NCBI GenBank assembly: GCA_963758295.1
Contig: CAVWUU010000001.1
Span: forward strand, 448,001 to 512,000
DNA: 64,000 nt
DNA from: Candidatus Eremiobacteria bacterium
GTDB taxonomy: Bacteria > Vulcanimicrobiota > Vulcanimicrobiia > Vulcanimicrobiales > Vulcanimicrobiaceae
Direction: 5' to 3'
Positions 58,387 to 64,000 of this stretch are shown here, piece after piece; positions within the stretch are counted from its first letter, which is position 1; the number at the start of each line of letters is the position of its first letter. The translations under genes were made by a program, and so were the position numbers. The notes below the pieces were generated by a model, which did no database searches, was not told the DNA's origin, and saw only the letters and a program-made list of their open reading frames with translations.

Positions 58387-59727
58387 GTGAGCGACGCGTT
58401 TCGTCGGCTTCCGGCCGTACACGTTCTCCTGGACCACCCATCCGTCGCGCCCTACGAGTCTCTCGTGGGGCGCGATGCTTTACGCACAGTGATCGCTCAA
58501 GAGCTGGATCGCGAGCGCATTGCCGGCGCAGCCGGACCGCTCGAACTCATCGCCGCGCGGATTGTCGAACGCGTGGAGAGGCTCGCGGGTGAGGCGTTGA
58601 TCGCCGTCGTGAATGCAACCGGAACGCTGTTGCATACCAATCTCGGCCGCGCCCCAATCGCGCAACGGGCATTTCGCGAAGCGTGGGATGTAAGCAGCGG
58701 TTATACCAATCTCGAGTACGATCTCGACGCCGGCGAACGTGGGTCGCGCTACGAGCGCCTCGGTGCATTGCTTCGTGAACTCACCGGCGGCGACGATGCG
58801 CTCGTCGTGAACAATTGCGCGGCTGCGGTCTTGTTGATGTTGGATACGTTTGCACGCGGCGCCGAAACGATCGTCGCGCGCAATCAACTCGTCGAAATCG
58901 GCGGCGGTTTCCGCTTACCCGACGTCCTTGCCCGAAGCGGCTCTACGCTCGTTGAAGCAGGCGCGACGAACAAGGTTTACCTCAAAGACTTCGAGCGGGC
59001 GCTCTCGCCTCGCACGGCGCTTATCATGCGCTCACATCGCTCCAACTTTTCAATCGAAGGGTTCACGCAAGATGTCGAACCCTCGGAACTCGTCGCGCTC
59101 GGGAAACGCGCCGGCGTGCCCGTCGTCGAAGACTTGGGCAGCGGTTCGCTCGTCGATCTTTCCGAGTACGGGCTGCCGCGCGAGCGCACCGTGCAGGAGG
59201 CTGTGCGTGACGGGGTTGCTCTTGTCGCTTTTTCGGGCGATAAGCTGCTTGGCGGACCGCAGGCCGGGATCGTCGTCGGGACGTCGGCGCTCGTCGCGCG
59301 TCTGCGTAGCAATCCATTGTTGCGTGCGCTGCGCGTCGATAAGGTGACGATCGGGTTATTGGCCGGAACGCTGCGCATGTATCGATCGAAGGAAGCCCGC
59401 GAAGAAATTCCGTTCTATCGCATGCTCGCCGCTTCCACCGAGTCGCTGCGAGAACGGGCGCAGGCATATGTCAACTGTTTCGCCGACGCCGCGGTTCTCG
59501 ATTCGGAAGCGTACGTCGGCGGCGGATCGCTTCCCCAAGCGCGCGTTCCCTCCGTAGCCGTCGCGTTACCGTCTCCGTTCCCCGATGAATTAGCGGCGCG
59601 GCTGCGCCGCACTCGCGTTCCCATCATCGCGCGCGTCGAAGCGGGCCGGATCTTGTTCGACTTGCGCACGATCGGCCCTCACGAAGATTCGCTGGTTCTC
59701 GACGCCCTGATATCGCTCGTTCAGTAA
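58387..59727 (+). CDS. selA: L-seryl-tRNA(Sec) selenium transferase
   Basis: NATGTLLHTNLGRAP, VNNCAAA, EIGGGFRLPDV, FSGDKLLGGPQAG. Confidence 0.95.
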   Translation: MSDAFRRLPAVHVLLDHPSVAPYESLVGRDALRTVIAQELDRERIAGAAGPLELIAARIVERVERLAGEALIAVVNATGTLLHTNLGRAPIAQRAFREAWDVSSGYTNLEYDLDAGERGSRYERLGALLRELTGGDDALVVNNCAAAVLLMLDTFARGAETIVARNQLVEIGGGFRLPDVLARSGSTLVEAGATNKVYLKDFERALSPRTALIMRSHRSNFSIEGFTQDVEPSELVALGKRAGVPVVEDLGSGSLVDLSEYGLPRERTVQEAVRDGVALVAFSGDKLLGGPQAGIVVGTSALVARLRSNPLLRALRVDKVTIGLLAGTLRMYRSKEAREEIPFYRMLAASTESLRERAQAYVNCFADAAVLDSEAYVGGGSLPQARVPSVAVALPSPFPDELAARLRRTRVPIIARVEAGRILFDLRTIGPHEDSLVLDALISLVQ

Positions 59728-59739
59728 CAACGGGAGGAG

Positions 59740-61329
59740 GTGCAGATGGCCCGTTTCATCGCGATCGCGCTTGCAGCCGCGCTGCTTGTTGCATGCGGTA
59801 GAAGTCAGACGCCGCGTCAGCCGCACGTTCTCCGTATCGCCTACGCCGGCGACCCCAATTCGCTGGTGCCGCTCGTTGCAATCGATCAAGACGTCATCGG
59901 GCTGGATGCGCTGTTTTGCGAAACGCTCGTCGGTCTGTCGGCCGACAACCGCACCGTTCCAATTCTCGTAACGCGCGTTCCGTCACGGCAGAACGGCGAT
60001 ATTTCCCCGGACGGCAAACGCATCACCTATCACCTACGCTCCGATGCCAGATTCGCGGACGGCGTCCCCTTTACGTCGGCTGACGTAGCGTTCACGTACA
60101 AGGCCATCTTCGATCCGCGCAATCGCGCGACGACGGTTGAAACGTACCGCCGTGTCGTTTCGCTTCAGACCCCGGATGCGCACACCGTCGTCATCCATTT
60201 GGATAAACCGTGGAACGCGGCGGTTCGCGCGCTTTTCGCACAATCCGATTATCCGTATGGGATCCTTCCAAAGCACGCGTTTGAGGATACCAAGGTCGTC
60301 GGGACCCCGTGGGAAGACGCGCCTTTCGGCACTGGCCCGTTTCGCGTTACGCAGTGGAAACGCGGCGACCGGATAATCCTGGAAGCCAACCGCTACTACA
60401 ATCCGGCGCCGAAGTTAAAGCGTATTGTGATGGAGATCGTCCCCGATCTTAACTCGAATTTCGTCGCACTACAGTCCGGTGCAGCCGACGTAGGCCGATT
60501 CACTGCCGAGAACGTCAGCCAAGGGGAGCGTATTCCGGGCATTCGCGTCCTGCGCGTCCCGGAGAACGCGACGGGATTTCTTTATTTGCAAACCCAAGCT
60601 GCGCCTACGAAGGACGTCCACGTTCGGCGCGCGATTGCGTATGCGCTCGACCGGCCGGAACTGGCCAACGCGTGGCATGGAGAATACCTCAGCGCGAGTT
60701 CGTTTTTGCCTCCACCGATCGTAAGCTGGAAGAGCGTTTCGATTGCAGCGTACCCGCATGACCTTTATGCCGTGCGCGACGAGCTAACCGCCGCCGGTTG
60801 GCGGATGACCGACGGCGTTTGGACGAAGAACGGCGAAGCGCTGGGCGGCATTGTCGGCGCTAATTCCGAGGATCCGGTTTCCGTCCGCGTCGCAACGCTC
60901 GTTCAAACACAACTCGCAGCTGCCGGAATGCGGTTCTCCGTGAAGACGAATCCTACGCGGATTTGGTTCAGTACCGAAGGATTATTGCGCAACGGCAAAG
61001 CGGCCATAACCTCCGAGTCGTGGGTTGGCGGCGGCGATCCCGAACAATCGCTCAACCTCCGTTGCGTTCAAGCCGCAAGCGGCGGTTCCAATCATTCTTT
61101 CTACTGCTCGCCGCAGTTCGAACGACTATACGACGATCAATCGCGCACGCCGAGCGAGGCTCAACGCGATCGCGATTTCAACGAGATTCAGCAGCTCGTT
61201 CACGAAGACGTTCCGGTTATCCCAATCTACTACGAAGTGCTCCTCGAGGGCGTCAATCAGCGTGTCACCGGCTACAGCAAAAACATGCTCCGCATCCCCG
61301 TCCACGCTGAACTCTGGGACGCTCGATAA
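59740..61329 (+). CDS. Peptide/nickel ABC transporter substrate-binding lipoprotein (family 5)
   Basis: Lipobox LVAC, FADG.PFTSADV.FT, GTGPF, VRRAIAYALDR. Confidence 0.92.
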   Translation: MQMARFIAIALAAALLVACGRSQTPRQPHVLRIAYAGDPNSLVPLVAIDQDVIGLDALFCETLVGLSADNRTVPILVTRVPSRQNGDISPDGKRITYHLRSDARFADGVPFTSADVAFTYKAIFDPRNRATTVETYRRVVSLQTPDAHTVVIHLDKPWNAAVRALFAQSDYPYGILPKHAFEDTKVVGTPWEDAPFGTGPFRVTQWKRGDRIILEANRYYNPAPKLKRIVMEIVPDLNSNFVALQSGAADVGRFTAENVSQGERIPGIRVLRVPENATGFLYLQTQAAPTKDVHVRRAIAYALDRPELANAWHGEYLSASSFLPPPIVSWKSVSIAAYPHDLYAVRDELTAAGWRMTDGVWTKNGEALGGIVGANSEDPVSVRVATLVQTQLAAAGMRFSVKTNPTRIWFSTEGLLRNGKAAITSESWVGGGDPEQSLNLRCVQAASGGSNHSFYCSPQFERLYDDQSRTPSEAQRDRDFNEIQQLVHEDVPVIPIYYEVLLEGVNQRVTGYSKNMLRIPVHAELWDAR

Positions 61330-61364
61330 CTCCTCACGATCCTCCACTCAGCGCAAACACCCTC

Positions 61365-62254
61365 CGTCACCCTGAGCTTGTCGAAGGGCAGGCGAATTCA
61401 GCAAATGCGGCGATGCGCCCATGCTTCGACGAGCTCTGCATGACGAGTTTTCGTATCGGCGAATGTGGGCGATCGCGCCCGTGCTTGGACAATCGCATTA
61501 TGCGCGCACAAACCCCCGTCACCCTGAGCTTGTCGAAGGGCCGGCGAATATCAGCGAATGCGAGATGCGCCTGTGCTTGGACAATCGCATTATGCGCGAA
61601 CAAACCCCCGTCACCCTGAGCTTGTCGAAGGGGCAAGCGAATATCAGCGAATGCGGAGATGCGCCCGTGCTTCGACGAGCTCAGCATGACGAGATGTCGT
61701 ATCAGTGAATGTGGCGATGCGCCCGTGCTTCGACGAGCTCATTATGACGAGACCGTCGTATCAAGCGAATCCGGACACCCGCCGGGGCTTGGACAATCGC
61801 ATTATGCGCGCACAAACCCCCGTCACCCTGAGCTTGTCGAAGGGCAAGCGAATATCAGCGAATGTGGGCGATGCGCCCATGCTTCGACGAGCTCAGCATG
61901 ACGAGATGTCGTATCAGCGAATGTGGCGATGCGCCCGTGCTTCGACGAGCTCAGCATGACGAGATGTCGTATCAAGCGAATGTGGCGATGCGCCCGTGCT
62001 TCGACGAGCTCAGCGTGACGAGATGTCGTATCAAGCGAAATGGGGCGATGCGCCCGTGCTTCGACGAGCTCAGCATGACGAGATGTCGTATCAGCGAATG
62101 CGGAGATACGCCCGTGCTTCGACGAGCTCAGCATGACGAGATGTCGTATCAGCGAATGCGGAGATACGCCCGTGCTTCGACGAGCTCAGCATGACGAGAT
62201 GTCGTATCAGCGAATGCGGAGATGCGACCGTGCTTCGACGAGCTCAGCATGACG
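61365..62254. repeat. Mosaic array of CGTC-type REP-like repeats
   Basis: Four copies of CGTCACCCTGAGCTTGTCGAAGGG and about ten of the inverted relative TGCTTCGACGAGCTCAGCATGACG, with near-identical linkers; ~58-bp tandem period in the right half. Confidence 0.88.
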
Positions 62255-62361
62255 AGGGAGTGCCGTGCAAGGAGCAGCGTGGCTGGCCGGATGTCGGACA
62301 TAGGAGCGTGCATGCGATTCCCGTCGAGAATCCTCAGGAAAAATAAGAATACCGGAAAATG

Positions 62362-62390
62362 TTTATCGGGCACTCCGCGAGTGGTATAAT
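62362..62390 (+). promoter_or_regulatory. Extended -10 promoter (TGGTATAAT) with AT-rich upstream region
   Basis: Perfect TGnTATAAT at 62382-62390; TTTATC 17 bp upstream. Confidence 0.55.
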
Positions 62391-62437
62391 TTGAGAGTAA
62401 GTGAAGACAGAGGTTTAGTCCAATGGCGTAACTTGCC

Positions 62438-62471
62438 GGGGAGATGTGAAAACATCTCCCCATTCATTCTT
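62438..62471. terminator. Stable hairpin, probable terminator
   Basis: GGGGAGATGT-GAAA-ACATCTCCCC perfect 10-bp stem just downstream of the aldehyde dehydrogenase stop. Confidence 0.7.
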
Positions 62472-62480
62472 GCTCGGCAG

Positions 62481-63971
62481 CTAAGTGCTGAACCAGCCGG
62501 AAGGAACGACGTCGAGATTAACGTTGATCTGCTTCACTTCGGTGTACGCGTCGTAACCATAGGTTCCGAGTTCGCGGCCGATTCCCGATTGTTTGTATCC
62601 GCCCCACGGTGCTTCGTTGTACGTGGGGTGGTAAGTGTTTATCCACGTGATGCCGGCGCGAAGCTTGCGAATGACGCGGTGCGCCTTCGCAACGTCTTGC
62701 GTGAAGACGGCACCGGCCAAACCGTAGATGGTATCGTTGGCGAGCCGAATTGCGTCGGCTTCGTCCTTGAACGTCTGTACCACAAGCACCGGCCCAAAGA
62801 TTTCTTCGCGGACGATGCGCATGTTCGGCGTCGTGCGATCGAAGATCGTCGGTGCGATGAAGTTTCCGCCCGCAAGCGGCCCCTCTAAGCGTGTGCCGCC
62901 GCAGCGAAGGCGAGCACCCTCCTCTTGACCGATCCGGATATAGTTTTCGACTTTGCCTGCATGCGTTCGGGAAATCAAGGGCCCCATCTCGGTCTGCGTA
63001 TCGAACCCGTTACCAACGCGAATCTTCTGCGCGCGTTCCACTAGCGCATCTACGAAGCGATCGGCAACAGTCTCTTGAACGATGAGCCGCGAACCCGCGG
63101 AGCAAACTTGTCCCGCATTGGCATAGATACCGAAGAGCGCGTAATCGACGGCCGTATCGAAATCCGCGTCGTCGAAGACAACGTTCGGTGATTTACCGCC
63201 GAGCTCAAGCGAGATCTTCTTGAGATTGCCGGTAGCCGCGCGCATGATCGAGCGGCCTGTCACCGTTCCACCGGTAAAAGCCACTTTGTCAACGAGGTCA
63301 TTTTCGGCGATCTCCGCACCGACTTCCGCTCCCGCCCCAAGAACGACGTTTACGACGCCCTGCGGAAATTCAAGCTCTTCAAACAGCGTCGCAAGACGCA
63401 GCAACGAAAGCGGCGTCAGTTCCGAAGGCTTGATGACGCAGGTGTTGCCCGCGGCGAGCGCCGGCGCAAGTTTCCACGCGCCCATGAGGAGCGGATAGTT
63501 CCACGGAATGATTTGGCCGCATACGCCTATCGGTTCGCGAACCGTGAACGTTTGCGAAGGCGCCGGCACATCGAAAGTTTGGCCGTGCGGTTTGGTCGCA
63601 AGGCCGGCGTAGAAGCGGAAGCAATTAGCGGCGTCTGCTACGTCGTACTCGGTCTCGCGCAGCGGCTTCCCGTTATTGAGCGTATCGATGCGTTTGAGCT
63701 CGTCGGCGTGTTCGTCGATCTTGTCGGCCAGACGCATTAGCAGCCGGGCGCGGTCTTGCGCGCTCGTTTCGCGCCAGGGCCCCTCGAAGAACGCGCGGTG
63801 CGCGCTTTCGATTGCGCGCTGTGCGTCTTCCCGCGTCCCTTCAGCAACCGTTGCGATGGTGGCGCCGGTGGCGGGATCGATGAGCGCGCGCGTGTTGCCG
63901 TTCGACGCTTCGCACCAACGCCCGTCGACGTACATGAGCGTCGTGCCGCCCGAACGCGGCAAATTGCGCAA
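62481..63971 (-). CDS. Aldehyde dehydrogenase (betaine/aminobutyraldehyde-type); start may lie beyond the window
   Basis: IIPWNYP, FTGGT, LELGGKSP, GQVCSAGSR, EEIFGPV. Confidence 0.95.
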   Translation of the reverse strand: MRNLPRSGGTTLMYVDGRWCEASNGNTRALIDPATGATIATVAEGTREDAQRAIESAHRAFFEGPWRETSAQDRARLLMRLADKIDEHADELKRIDTLNNGKPLRETEYDVADAANCFRFYAGLATKPHGQTFDVPAPSQTFTVREPIGVCGQIIPWNYPLLMGAWKLAPALAAGNTCVIKPSELTPLSLLRLATLFEELEFPQGVVNVVLGAGAEVGAEIAENDLVDKVAFTGGTVTGRSIMRAATGNLKKISLELGGKSPNVVFDDADFDTAVDYALFGIYANAGQVCSAGSRLIVQETVADRFVDALVERAQKIRVGNGFDTQTEMGPLISRTHAGKVENYIRIGQEEGARLRCGGTRLEGPLAGGNFIAPTIFDRTTPNMRIVREEIFGPVLVVQTFKDEADAIRLANDTIYGLAGAVFTQDVAKAHRVIRKLRAGITWINTYHPTYNEAPWGGYKQSGIGRELGTYGYDAYTEVKQINVNLDVVPSGWFST

Positions 63972-64000
63972 AATGTGCTCGGCGTTACCTGAGCTCGGTG

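Noticed and set aside
61365..62254. CRISPR array
   Set aside because: The spacers are near-identical, the repeats occur in both orientations, and no cas genes are present.

Overview
High-GC bacterial window, probably from an error-prone assembly: indels break even the essential gene leuS. (1) 1-15.4 kb: the 3' ~14.8 kb of a giant Gly-rich AQSIGGGGGNGG-repeat autotransporter/adhesin, followed by a convergent IalB-like gene. (2) 15.4-32.9 kb: an accessory region containing a translationally coupled DGGA-repeat peptide / JmjC oxygenase / sucrase-ferredoxin operon, an orphan tRNA-Cys, hydrolases and an ECF sigma module. Its most notable part is a tandem stack of small integrase-free cargo cassettes inserted into comEC. 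Diverged copies of the comEC 3' half begin at exactly the same base (G|DHVGG motif), next to a conserved non-comEC arm (ATAAAATCTTYCANNCACACG). A second insertion site at the DVLKVGHHGS motif (core AGAACRTCGG) is also used twice. (3) 32.3-64 kb: mostly core genes (comEC, epimerase, FAD oxidoreductase, leuS, comEA, acyl-CoA ligase, PadR, two S10 peptidases, recQ, BNR/VPS10 protein, TPM protein, rsfS, yqeK, rimI, tsaB, tsaE, gyrA, trxA, selA, peptide-binding lipoprotein, aldehyde dehydrogenase), an ~890-bp mosaic array of CGTC-type REP-like repeats and a candidate small RNA. All family calls come from motif recognition by eye; no searches were run.
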